Below, in pieces: positions 1 through 8,527 of a DNA stretch of 32,000 bases. The stretch spans positions 1,830,001-1,862,000 of the forward strand of contig NZ_AP028907.1 in NCBI RefSeq assembly GCF_036323395.1, written 5' to 3'. Every line of letters starts with the position of its first letter. Positions within the stretch are counted from its first letter, which is position 1. The notes beneath the pieces were generated by a model. It searched no databases. It saw only the letters and a program-made list of their open reading frames with translations, and was not told the DNA's origin. The stretch is from Pyrodictium abyssi (lineage in GTDB: Archaea > Thermoproteota > Thermoprotei_A > Sulfolobales > Pyrodictiaceae). The position numbers and the translations under genes were made by a program.

Positions 1-178
1 GGCTGTAGGGTAGGCCGAGGACCCTAACGTATACTTCTACATCAGATATGTCTGATACCATACCGTGACACCCTTTGTTGCCCGGAGGCTGCCTCGGAGG
101 GGCGTATAGGGGTTCTCTCGCCCCCGGGGTATCCGTCGGGCTGCCGGGATAGTTGTGTGTCCCTGTGTTCTGCTGAGT

Positions 179-1246
179 CTATGTTATGGGTTGGGGCTGT
201 AGCCCGCGGCTCCGGAGGAGGTTCTCTACTATCCGGACGGCTTCGCTGAACGCCCTCTCTAGGCTAGCCCGGACGGACGCACCTGCTGCCTGGGCGTGGC
301 CTCCCCCGCCGCCACCCAGGCTCCGGCCTAGCTGCTCCATTATGTCGCGGCCTAGGTGGATACCGAGCTTCTCTACGATGCTTTTCCTGGCCCTGCCTAC
401 CACACGGGTCTCTGACCCCCGCTCGGAGACTACTATCACGAGGTCGGCGCCGAGGTCTAGCAGAGCACGGGCCACGCTAGACTCGTAGGCACCTACGTGT
501 GTGAAGGCTACTATGTAGTCGCCTGCGCGCACGCAGTGCATCCTCTTGGCGCCCTTTATACGGGCTATGCGCTCCGGGGGCTCCATGGGCGGCGACTGTA
601 GCGCTTTGAGGACGCGTTCGAGGCTTGCACCCTGCTCTAGGAGCTCGGAGGCTATCCGGAGAGTCCGGGCGTTGGAGAGTATGAAGTGTCTTGTATCGTA
701 GACTATTCCCGCCAGGAGTAGCTCTAGCGCCTTCTTGTCGAGCTCGAGGCCTAGGACGTGGGTTGCCATGAGGTAGACGAGTTCGGAGGTGGCGCGCGCT
801 GTAGCGTCGTGGATGGCCACCTTGGCGCGCTCTACTAGCTTGTTGGACGAGTGATGGTCTATAACCACGAGGAGCACGTTGAGCGCGAAGTTTGACAGCT
901 CTCCCAGCTGCTCAGGCGAGGCGGTGTCAACTACTACTGCCATGGCTGATTCTTCTGGTGCCTCGTCCTCGACGTCTCCAGGCTCCTTGCCTATTATCTC
1001 GCGTACTAGCCTCTTGCTTGCCTGGCTCAGCCCCTCGGGGAAAACCAGCCTAGCATCGTAGCCTTCTGCACGCAGTATCTCCCGGACCACGTAGGCGGAC
1101 GCCAGTGCGTCGGGGTCGGCGTTACGGTGGCCCATTACTACTATGGGGGTCCCGGCAGAGTCAGCTAGCTCTAGCATCTCCCTCGTCTTCTCTCTCAGCC
1201 ACTCTGGCACGTAGCCGCTCTTCGAGCCACCTTGCTGCCTCGTCAA
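179..1246 (-). CDS. DHH/DHHA1 family phosphoesterase (RecJ/NrnA-like)
   Basis: ORF 355 aa with GHRNADPDALASA, VVVDTASP, DHHSS and C-terminal GGGGGGHAQAAGAS (DHHA1). Start may be internal, near 1177. Confidence 0.9.
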   Translation of the reverse strand: MTRQQGGSKSGYVPEWLREKTREMLELADSAGTPIVVMGHRNADPDALASAYVVREILRAEGYDARLVFPEGLSQASKRLVREIIGKEPGDVEDEAPEESAMAVVVDTASPEQLGELSNFALNVLLVVIDHHSSNKLVERAKVAIHDATARATSELVYLMATHVLGLELDKKALELLLAGIVYDTRHFILSNARTLRIASELLEQGASLERVLKALQSPPMEPPERIARIKGAKRMHCVRAGDYIVAFTHVGAYESSVARALLDLGADLVIVVSERGSETRVVGRARKSIVEKLGIHLGRDIMEQLGRSLGGGGGGHAQAAGASVRASLERAFSEAVRIVENLLRSRGLQPQPIT

Positions 1247-1502
1247 TAGCCTCAGCCACTACCTCGTCGTAGGATAAGGGGGCTATCAGCCTACCCGTAA
1301 CCCTGACGTCTATGTATACCCGCAGGCTCCTCCCGTCTGGGCTTAGCTCGCCCTCTACTATTATGTCGAGTTCTTCGAGGCGCCGGCGTAGGATCTTCTC
1401 CAGGCGTGTAGATACTATCTTCTCTACGCTGGCTAGCAGCTCCTCGAGTTCTTCAGGGGTTAGAGGCTTTGCGTCCAAGCCGACGTTTACTACACGCGGC
1501 AT
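1161..1502 (-). CDS. DUF3194-like small conserved archaeal protein
   Basis: ORF 113 aa located next to prefoldin beta, as expected for this family in Crenarchaeota. Sequence resemblance from memory only. Confidence 0.65.
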   Translation of the reverse strand: MPRVVNVGLDAKPLTPEELEELLASVEKIVSTRLEKILRRRLEELDIIVEGELSPDGRSLRVYIDVRVTGRLIAPLSYDEVVAEAIDEAARWLEERLRARVAEREDEGDARAS

Positions 1503-1706
1503 ACCTGGGCACAGCCCCGGTAGACTGCGTCTTCATCATCCAAGACGTACGTCGCGGCCAGCCTATCGGCGGGGCAGCTATGCGTGGTAGACGCCTAGGC
1601 CCGGGCCACGCGTTGGTAGCTGGCAGCAAGCCTCAAAGGTTGAGCGATTCAACGCATGGCCGGCTCGCAGTGTAAAAACAGGCAAGCCTCCTCGGCGTCT
1701 GCGGGG

Positions 1707-2084
1707 CTAGCCTCCCGCGCCTCCCTGTTTACCTAGCGTGAGCCGCGTCTGCAGCTGCTTAATCTCCTGGGCGAGCTTGTCGAGCTGTTTCTTGATCTCG
1801 TCCTCCTGCTTCTTAAGCTTCTGGAGCCTTAGCTCGAGTATCTCTAGCCTATCCTTGAGCTCCTGGACCACCTTGCCGCGGTCCACGCGTACGAGTATGT
1901 TGGCCTCCATGCGGTATACCGGGGCGTCTTCCCCGGCTTCCTCTAGGAGCTTTAGGACCTTCTGCGTCTCAGCTATCTCGCTCTCAACCGCTACACGCTC
2001 CTGAGCTATCCTCGCGTACTGGGCCTGAAGGCTCTGGAAGCGTGTGAGCTTGTTTTCGAGCTCCGGCGGTATACGCTGCGCCAC
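1707..2084 (-). CDS. pfdB: prefoldin subunit beta
   Basis: ORF 125 aa with two coiled-coil helices (LENKLTRFQSLQAQYARIAQERVAVESEI ... LQKLKKQEDEIKKQLDKLAQEIKQLQ). Conserved position downstream of Pcc1. Confidence 0.9.
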   Translation of the reverse strand: MAQRIPPELENKLTRFQSLQAQYARIAQERVAVESEIAETQKVLKLLEEAGEDAPVYRMEANILVRVDRGKVVQELKDRLEILELRLQKLKKQEDEIKKQLDKLAQEIKQLQTRLTLGKQGGAGG

Positions 2085-2086
2085 AT

Positions 2087-2341
2087 CTATTCACCTGTAG
2101 CTTCGACCGCTTCGAATGTCGCTGCCGCTAGGCTAAGATAAGCGTTTATCAAGGTCCGGGCTGATGAGGGGTCGCGCGCGTCAATGCATATCGACAGAGT
2201 ATCCTTCTCCGCGTGGACCTCTACGCGCCCCCTCCGGGGGTCCGGCGGGTTACGCGCCTCAGTCTCAAGAGCCCTTGCCAGCGCCCGAGCTAGCTTCTCG
2301 GAGAGGCCCTTTAGCCTTATGCAGCCGGAGACCCGCGTCAT
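2087..2341 (-). CDS. pcc1: KEOPS complex subunit Pcc1
   Basis: ORF 84 aa with a Pcc1-like pattern (SEKLARALARALETEARNPP ... ICIDARDPSSARTLINAYLSL). Located between Brix and prefoldin beta. Confidence 0.75.
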   Translation of the reverse strand: MTRVSGCIRLKGLSEKLARALARALETEARNPPDPRRGRVEVHAEKDTLSICIDARDPSSARTLINAYLSLAAATFEAVEATGE

Positions 2342-2915
2342 AGTCCACTACACCTGCTATACGTAGTAGCGGGCCGCAGACTCTGCCCGTGCTACAGCGG
2401 AACTCCACCTCAGCGATAGAGCTCCTCCCCTTATCAAGGACAGCGACCACGTCGAACCGGTCAAGAGCCTCGCCGTAGTCTATAGCTATGCTTGCAAGCA
2501 GGGTCCTGGCGAGTATATCCGCGAGACGATGAAGCTCGTCGCCGGCTGCCGGCGGCACGTATACGCCAAGGCTCTGGGCTCCATAGGCCCGCTGCGCGCC
2601 CGGCGTCTCGCGGGAGAGCCGTACACCCTCCAGCATTATACGCGCCATGAGCCTCAGCTCTAGACTAGGGGGCTCAAGAGGCTCATAGACATGCAGTGTA
2701 CCGGGATTACCCTTCCACACCGACACCACTATCACGCGCTGTGCCCCACGCGCTACTGCCTCGTAGTACAGGTCGCGTAGCGTAGCCTTGCCGCGTGTCA
2801 GCTTTTCTGCGCCCGGCAGAACTGATACCAGGTCCTTAACGAAGCTCCTAACACGCTGCGTGGGCCTATGGGATGTCGTCACTATTATGCGGGTCCTCCT
2901 AGCCGCGGCAGGCAA
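2265..2915 (-). CDS. Brix domain / Imp4-like rRNA processing protein
   Basis: ORF 216 aa: IIVTTSHRPTQRVRSFVKDLVSVLPGAEKLTRGKATLRDLYYEAVARGAQRVIVVSVWKGNPG. TTG start. Confidence 0.85.
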   Translation of the reverse strand: MPAAARRTRIIVTTSHRPTQRVRSFVKDLVSVLPGAEKLTRGKATLRDLYYEAVARGAQRVIVVSVWKGNPGTLHVYEPLEPPSLELRLMARIMLEGVRLSRETPGAQRAYGAQSLGVYVPPAAGDELHRLADILARTLLASIAIDYGEALDRFDVVAVLDKGRSSIAEVEFRCSTGRVCGPLLRIAGVVDYDAGLRLHKAKGPLREASSGAGKGS

Positions 2916-3093
2916 GGCGGTATCACGCTGCCAAGAGTCTACCAGGATGGCTCACGGGGCTCTGAGAGCCACTACGCATTGTAAGAGGCCACTGTATTGG
3001 TTCAAAAGAGGCTTCACAGCCCCGGGGCGAGGGGCGGGATTGTCTCCCTCTACAAGGGACAGTTGAGCGTAAAACCCTGCGGTCTTATTCTGG

Positions 3094-3360
3094 CTAGTCT
3101 TCGCGTATGACTACCTTTGGGAAGTTCTTGTTCAGCCCTGTCCTGGGTACGTAGGCGCCGCCAGCCCACGTCGAGCCGCACTTCGTACACGTCCATAGGC
3201 CTACACTTATCCTCTTCACGTGGCCCTTTACGCCGCAGAACGGGCACATGTGGTCTGCGTAGCGACGCTCCATTACGTCTCTCCAGCGCTTTCTCAGCGT
3301 GGAGCCGTAGCGCGGACCAAACCTGCCAGCTATGCCTACTGTGCGTGTGCGCCTCGCCAT
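3094..3360 (-). CDS. rpl37ae: 50S ribosomal protein L37Ae (eL43)
   Basis: ORF 88 aa: GRFGPRYGSTLRKRWRDVME with zinc-ribbon CPFC/CTKCGSTWAGGAY. Confidence 0.95.
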   Translation of the reverse strand: MARRTRTVGIAGRFGPRYGSTLRKRWRDVMERRYADHMCPFCGVKGHVKRISVGLWTCTKCGSTWAGGAYVPRTGLNKNFPKVVIRED

Positions 3361-3400
3361 TACCGTGCTCCCCCGCAGCGCATAACAGGTAGAGCCTAGG

Positions 3401-3409
3401 TTATAAGAA
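3401..3409 (-). promoter_or_regulatory. candidate TATA box for L37Ae
   Basis: Minus strand CTTCTTATAA about 45 nt upstream of the L37Ae start, in the 77-nt gap after rrp42. Confidence 0.4.
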
Positions 3410-3437
3410 GTATTGTCCGCCGACGCTTCCGGCCGCG

Positions 3438-4430
3438 CTACTCCCCGGAGCCTTCTCCGCCGCTCTGCCCCTCTTCGTCGGCCACTTCGGCTATCTCGAC
3501 TGATTCCTCGTGCTCCCTGTGGGGCGCTGGCTGCAGCTCTGCCGCCCCTTCGGCTGCCTCCTCGGTTTTCTCTGTCCTTAGCTCCTCCTCCATCTTTGCG
3601 CGGTATGGTAGTACCATGTCTTCAAGCGCCTTGTGGTATATACTAGCCTTGTTGACAGCTATAGCCACAGCTGATAGTACTTCGCGGTACTCTAGGTCGC
3701 CCATACCGGTCTTCTGGATGCCCGCTATCCGGCCGTCATCGCTGACTGCCACGACCATTCTCGTATCTGCTACCTGCTCTTCCTCGTAGGTCGGGTCTAC
3801 TACGAGCTTTCCAGCTATCTTCGCAAGGGTTACGGTGACTACGCGGCGATTCACCGGGACTACTCTGGTGAACCTACTACGGTCGACCCGGTACCCGTCC
3901 TCGGTCTTAACGGCTACTGGCAGCCTAGCTGATAGGAGGGCAGCCATAGCCGCCAGCATGGATGCATCGAAGAGGTTACCGTCATGGTTAAGCACGTATA
4001 TGTCCACGAATAGGCGCCACACGTGCTTACCGGGCTCCAGGACAAGCTGGTCTAGTGCTACAGCCTTTATCTCGCGAAGGCTCCTATCTATCACGCGTGC
4101 CAGCTCTATAGCGTTCTCGTCCGGTGGGCCGGGCTCGAAGGTAGGCGAGGCCAGTGGCACGAACTCTGCGTGGACTACGAGTACACCCTCGTTAGGCGTA
4201 TCGGGGAATGGGGCCACTATGTCGGTCTTAACACCCGCCAGCACAATAGTCTGCCCTAGTCTGACTAGTGCTGAGCCCTCGGCGCGCTCTATGTAGCCGG
4301 GCACTATCTCTATCTTTCTTACCTCGTCTAGCTTCCGGCCATCTAGCCGGACACCACGCGATAGTAGCGTCTCCATAGTGTAGCGCTTTAGCTTCGGCAC
4401 CACAGGCTGGAATGAGGGCGTAATGCTCAC
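3438..4430 (-). CDS. rrp42: exosome complex protein Rrp42
   Basis: RNase PH-like fold: [63 protein letters not shown]. Followed by a long acidic C-terminal tail. Confidence 0.95.
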   Translation of the reverse strand: MSITPSFQPVVPKLKRYTMETLLSRGVRLDGRKLDEVRKIEIVPGYIERAEGSALVRLGQTIVLAGVKTDIVAPFPDTPNEGVLVVHAEFVPLASPTFEPGPPDENAIELARVIDRSLREIKAVALDQLVLEPGKHVWRLFVDIYVLNHDGNLFDASMLAAMAALLSARLPVAVKTEDGYRVDRSRFTRVVPVNRRVVTVTLAKIAGKLVVDPTYEEEQVADTRMVVAVSDDGRIAGIQKTGMGDLEYREVLSAVAIAVNKASIYHKALEDMVLPYRAKMEEELRTEKTEEAAEGAAELQPAPHREHEESVEIAEVADEEGQSGGEGSGE

Positions 4431-5197
4431 TGCTCACCACCCTCCTGGACTACCTCTACATACTTCCTACGGAGCGCCTCCTTCTGCAGCTTGTATATGG
4501 TCTGGATGCCCTTACGCGCAAGCTCCATCGCTTGTACAAACTCATCGTGGGTCAATACACCGTTAAGCTGGAGGAGGAGCACCTTGCCTAGGTTAGGCGC
4601 CATAGCCACTGGCATATCCGCTTCCGCGTAATTATCCTCTATCTCATCTATATCAAGCACTAGCACACCGTCCACCTTACCAACTGCGACACCCGCTACT
4701 AGGTCGCGCATAGCTATCCCAGCATCCGCGAGTGCTAGGCTCGCTGCTGTTATAGCAGCAGTCCGTGTACCCCCATCGGACTGGAGCACCTCCATATACA
4801 CGTCGATTGCTGTACGGGGAAACAGCTCTGTGAGCACGACCGCCTCTAGGGCCTCGCGGATGACCTTGGACAGCTCGACCTCTCTACGTGTAGGTGCAGG
4901 CGTCTTACGCTCCGCAGTAGAGAATGGCGCCATGTGGTACCTGCATCTTATGACAGCCCGGTCTGGCAGCGCCATGTGGCGTGGATGCGCCTCACGGGGA
5001 CCATAGACTGCGGCTAGTACACGAGTCCCGCCGTACTCTACCAGCGCGGAGCCATCTGCGTTGCTTAGTACGCCCACCTCCATGCGTATGGGCCGTAGCT
5101 GCGCCGCCAGCCTACCATCGTGGCGTATCGCTACCTTCTGGCCGTCACGCTCCTCCCAGCGTATAAGGACCGGCTTCTCGCCTGCTCCACCGCCCAA
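4427..5197 (-). CDS. rrp41: exosome complex exonuclease Rrp41
   Basis: ORF 256 aa: [49 protein letters not shown] and [23 protein letters not shown]. 4-nt overlap with rrp42. Confidence 0.97.
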   Translation of the reverse strand: MGGGAGEKPVLIRWEERDGQKVAIRHDGRLAAQLRPIRMEVGVLSNADGSALVEYGGTRVLAAVYGPREAHPRHMALPDRAVIRCRYHMAPFSTAERKTPAPTRREVELSKVIREALEAVVLTELFPRTAIDVYMEVLQSDGGTRTAAITAASLALADAGIAMRDLVAGVAVGKVDGVLVLDIDEIEDNYAEADMPVAMAPNLGKVLLLQLNGVLTHDEFVQAMELARKGIQTIYKLQKEALRRKYVEVVQEGGEQ

Positions 5198-5200
5198 GAC

Positions 5201-5923
5201 TTACACACCTCTACGTGCCTTCTCCCTGCGTATAAACTCACGCACTCTCTCAGTGAGCCCTGTCGTGTGAGCTTCTGCTTCTATCTTCTTTATAGAGAGA
5301 ACAACTATCTCTTCCAGGTCCTTATTGGGACAGTTCACGAGTATACGGCCATTCTGGCCCACAACTATCTCGCAACCAGACTCGTTCATCAACATGTTTA
5401 CCATTGAACCCTTCTTGCCTATGACCCGGGGTATCCGGCTAGGCTTTATCTCGACTATAGAACCCTCGACGATCCTGCCCAGACCCTTGCCTTTGATCGT
5501 TAGGAGCGGGTCCCGTGCACGGTCGAAAGCGACAACCTTGGCCACTATATAGTCGCCTACATCCAGGTATTTCTTGAGACTGTCTACCGCTGGGTTAAAC
5601 GGCCTATCGAGGACCTCCTGTATAGTGAGAATCCCTTTGTAAGGGGAGGCGATATCCACCTCCCAGTGCGTTAGCCCAATGTCCTTTACAAGCCCTATCA
5701 CTATGTCGCCTGGCTTTGGTATGTAGGCGCCCTCAAGTGGTATTATGCTTATCTTGTACTTACCGTTCTCGAGCTGCTGGACGTTTACAAGACCCGTTAT
5801 CGTCGCGTAGTACTGGTTGCCCTTACGCTCTATGAAGGGCGACTCAACTACTATGTCGTTGCCTTCAGCTATGATATCTCCCGGTAAAACTATTGACCTG
5901 GATTGTACGTGTATACGCGCCAA
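5201..5923 (-). CDS. rrp4: exosome complex RNA-binding protein Rrp4 (S1/KH)
   Basis: ORF 240 aa with S1 region and KH motif RVIGKKGSMVNMLMNESGCEIVVGQNGRI. Confidence 0.95.
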   Translation of the reverse strand: MARIHVQSRSIVLPGDIIAEGNDIVVESPFIERKGNQYYATITGLVNVQQLENGKYKISIIPLEGAYIPKPGDIVIGLVKDIGLTHWEVDIASPYKGILTIQEVLDRPFNPAVDSLKKYLDVGDYIVAKVVAFDRARDPLLTIKGKGLGRIVEGSIVEIKPSRIPRVIGKKGSMVNMLMNESGCEIVVGQNGRILVNCPNKDLEEIVVLSIKKIEAEAHTTGLTERVREFIRREKARRGV

Positions 5924-5929
5924 CCCCGA

Positions 5930-6643
5930 TTACACCACGCTCACGACTTTAACGTCAACATTGCCCCGGGTAAGCTTATTGAGCTTATCCATGACTTCTT
6001 GCTGTAGGCCAGCCGGTATCTCTAGCTCAGCCACGAGGCTGCCATCGCTACGCCAGTCCATATGTTTTACCTCCCCAAGCTTGGAGAGCGCGCCAGCCAC
6101 CCGCCCGGAATACTCTGCAGGTACTACAATACGGAGCAGCGCTTTCGCCAACTTTATGGGGATTATGCGGCTGATTGCACGTATTATCTGCGGCGCCTGC
6201 TCTTCAACACTCTTAAACGGGTCTACACCGACACCAGCTTGCTCCATAGCAGCTTCTATCCTTGCAGGTGGTATAGGAAGCTTAGTCTTCGGATCAATCG
6301 CGTTACGAGCTATGTAGTTTATAAGCTGCCTACGCTTAGCCTCGATGAGCTTTCTACGCTGCTCAGCAGTAAGCTGCAGCTCTCCACGCCTCACTATCTC
6401 AGCGACAATCTTGACTACGTCGTCTGTGCCGAATACCCGGCGGAGAAGCTCGGGGGAGGCGCGGAGCCCCCGCCGAAGGTCAGTGTATACAGCGTCGCTA
6501 ATGACGAGATCCTCCAGGTTCACATCCCTGCCCTGCTTATAGTCAAAAGCAAGGTCAGGGTTTACGAGTACTTCGAACCTCTTGCCCCCTACCTCTAGCC
6601 TCGCAACCACGGGCTCGTGCTCGCCCTTGCTTCGGCGCGGCAT
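5930..6643 (-). CDS. SBDS/Sdo1 family ribosome maturation protein
   Basis: ORF 237 aa: VARLEVGGKRFEVLVNPDLAFDYKQGRDVNLEDLVISDAVYTDLRRGLRAS. Confidence 0.95.
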   Translation of the reverse strand: MPRRSKGEHEPVVARLEVGGKRFEVLVNPDLAFDYKQGRDVNLEDLVISDAVYTDLRRGLRASPELLRRVFGTDDVVKIVAEIVRRGELQLTAEQRRKLIEAKRRQLINYIARNAIDPKTKLPIPPARIEAAMEQAGVGVDPFKSVEEQAPQIIRAISRIIPIKLAKALLRIVVPAEYSGRVAGALSKLGEVKHMDWRSDGSLVAELEIPAGLQQEVMDKLNKLTRGNVDVKVVSVV

Positions 6644-6648
6644 ACCTG

Positions 6649-7380
6649 CTAGGCACCAAGTTTTTCTAGGAACTTTTGGAGCTCCTCTTTAGACAGTTTT
6701 CTGAATTTCTGCGTCTCGGAGTCAACTATGCCTACCTCTAGCGTCTCAGTCGTAGGCTTGCCCTCCATGACCGAAGCGACCGCCTTCATTCCAAGCAGTA
6801 TCGCGTCCTCTAGCTTCATGTCGTCGCGGTACTCTCTCTGCAGCACCTCTATCGCCTGGCCACCGCCCTGCCCTAGGCCGTGAGCCTTGTAGCTTATGTA
6901 CTGGCCGCTTGGCTCAGCAACGTATAGTTTAGGCCCAGTGTCATCCACGCCAGCTATCATGAGGGTTACGCCGAAGGGGCGGACACCGCCATGCTGCGTG
7001 TAGACCTGCATCAGGTCGCATATCTGGCGGGTCAGGTACTCTACAGGTATCGGCTCCCCGTAGACGAACCTGTACTGTACCGCTAGGAGCCTAGCATAGT
7101 CTATCAGTATGCGTCCGTCGCTGCCGAACCCGACGAAGCCTGCACCTATATGACCATCCACCATGTAGACCTTCTCTAGCTGGCTAATGTCTATTAGTGG
7201 GCTTGTCTTCCTCTTCTCCGCTACTATAACCACACCATCCACTGCGCGGACCCCGACCATGGTCCAGCCGCGCTTGGCAGCCTCCATGGCGTACTCTACT
7301 TGGAAGAGACGGCCGTCCGGCGAGAACATCGACGTAGAACGGTCATACCCCATCATCGCTGGCGGTGCGGGGAACGACAC
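6649..7380 (-). CDS. psmA: archaeal proteasome subunit alpha
   Basis: ORF 243 aa: MGYDRSTSMFSPDGRLFQVEYAMEAAKRGWTMVGVRAVDGVVIVAEKR. Confidence 0.98.
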   Translation of the reverse strand: MSFPAPPAMMGYDRSTSMFSPDGRLFQVEYAMEAAKRGWTMVGVRAVDGVVIVAEKRKTSPLIDISQLEKVYMVDGHIGAGFVGFGSDGRILIDYARLLAVQYRFVYGEPIPVEYLTRQICDLMQVYTQHGGVRPFGVTLMIAGVDDTGPKLYVAEPSGQYISYKAHGLGQGGGQAIEVLQREYRDDMKLEDAILLGMKAVASVMEGKPTTETLEVGIVDSETQKFRKLSKEELQKFLEKLGA

Positions 7381-7425
7381 TGTGCGTCACACCCTCCAAG
7401 CCGTGAGCATAGACACATACCTAAG

Positions 7426-7436
7426 CATAAAAAGCC
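7426..7436 (-). promoter_or_regulatory. candidate TATA box for psmA
   Basis: Minus strand GGCTTTTTATG about 50 nt upstream of psmA. Confidence 0.5.
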
Positions 7437-7639
7437 TTATCTGAGCCACAATAACCAGCTGGAATACGCATGGGCCGGTGAAGAAGAGTCCGAAAACCGA
7501 GAACCGGAGAGAATGGCTATGCGGAGTCTTCTCGCCCCAGAGGCCCGCTTCTCCACGATGAGCGCCAAGGCGCCGCGAAACCCGGATAACCTTCTCCTGC
7601 TCTCTAGTGCTCTAATCGGGCCTCTCGGGTGCCACCGGG

Positions 7640-7678
7640 CCCCAGACAGCCCCGAAGCCCTGGGGCTGTGGCCTGGGG
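7640..7678. repeat. strong two-tier inverted repeat/hairpin
   Basis: CCCCAG-a-CAGCCCC-gaagccct-GGGGCTG-tggc-CTGGGG: 6 bp outer and 7 bp inner stems, all Watson-Crick. Confidence 0.75.
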
Positions 7679-7864
7679 ATGAAGGGGCTCTGCGCGCCGG
7701 AACAACCATACCCTGGCGCTTATTCTTGACCTCTATACCTAGGGCTACATGATGGAGGAACGGGATAAGCGCTGTGATGAGCGCGTCCTTCGTGTAGAGC
7801 AAAGGCGATGACTTGGAGGCCCCATTACTGAGCATACTGCATTGACGCTGGAGGGGCGTTAGGC

Positions 7865-8527
7865 ATGCCTGCTGGCATCGAGAGAAGGGTTGTACAAGCG
7901 CTTCGGAGGCTGACTAGGAGGCGTAGCTGTGTCTCCGTGGCCGAGCTAGCTGCAGAGGCGCGTCTCACGCCAAGCGATGTACATAGAGCGCTAGAGGTGC
8001 TTGAGCACAGGAAGCTGGTAGTCGTCTCAGGCGACAAGGTTTGCTATATAGGCGGCGCGCTGGATGAGCAGGCTCATGTTATTGGGCGGGAGCTGCGCCG
8101 TGTACTGGACGAGGCCAGGTCTAGAAGGAGTATAGTAGCCTCCGTCTACGAGGTGGAGCGTAGCCCATTACGAGTCGTGGTTATAGTGAGGCGGGATGGG
8201 GTTGTTTTTGCTGTCCTTCCCGTGACTGGTAGGGAGCCTGCTGAACGGCTAGTAGGTTTAGCTAGAAGGCTTGCCCGGCTAGCCCGCCGCATAGCAGAGC
8301 AAGGCTGCAACGAGTTCTGCGTAGACCGCATTACTCCCCGGCTGGTTGTTCCCGTGCTAGCGTCTGACTATGGCGCGCCAAGGCTCATAGAGGGTGTCTT
8401 GTTCCGGCCCGCAAGGGGCCTACTCAACCTCATAATCGAGCCTGGGGCTGCGCTTTCTGACCCGTTTGTCCGTGTCTATGAATGCAACCGTCAAGCTAGA
8501 CGAGAGGAATCTCAATATATCGAGTAG
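7865..8527 (+). CDS. hypothetical protein with N-terminal winged-helix-like domain
   Basis: ORF 220 aa. N-terminus resembles wHTH (SVAELAAEARLTPSDVHRALEVLEHRKLVVVSGDKVCYIG). Converges with thiI. Confidence 0.6.
   Translation: MPAGIERRVVQALRRLTRRRSCVSVAELAAEARLTPSDVHRALEVLEHRKLVVVSGDKVCYIGGALDEQAHVIGRELRRVLDEARSRRSIVASVYEVERSPLRVVVIVRRDGVVFAVLPVTGREPAERLVGLARRLARLARRIAEQGCNEFCVDRITPRLVVPVLASDYGAPRLIEGVLFRPARGLLNLIIEPGAALSDPFVRVYECNRQARREESQYIE

Noticed and set aside
1503-1706. C-box-like ATGATGA on the minus strand (1533-1539) in the 204-nt gap between prefoldin beta and DUF3194, and a small GTTGA...TCAAC hairpin nearby (possible sRNA or tRNA arm)
   Set aside because: No D box (CTGA) at the right spacing and no tRNA acceptor/T-arm consensus. 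Not sufficient for an RNA call.
3835-4296. Long plus-strand ORFs antisense to rrp42, rrp4, SBDS, fni and others (for example 3835-4296, 5817-6317, 6062-6598, 28907-29509)
   Set aside because: Antisense frames over strongly conserved minus-strand genes. Serine/leucine/arginine-rich translations are consistent with complementary-strand artefacts.
7437-7835. 132-aa minus ORF between psmA and the plus-strand wHTH gene
   Set aside because: Low-complexity S/R/P-rich sequence with no recognisable motif. It covers the region of a strong hairpin and abuts the psmA TATA-like box, so it is treated as non-coding pending evidence.
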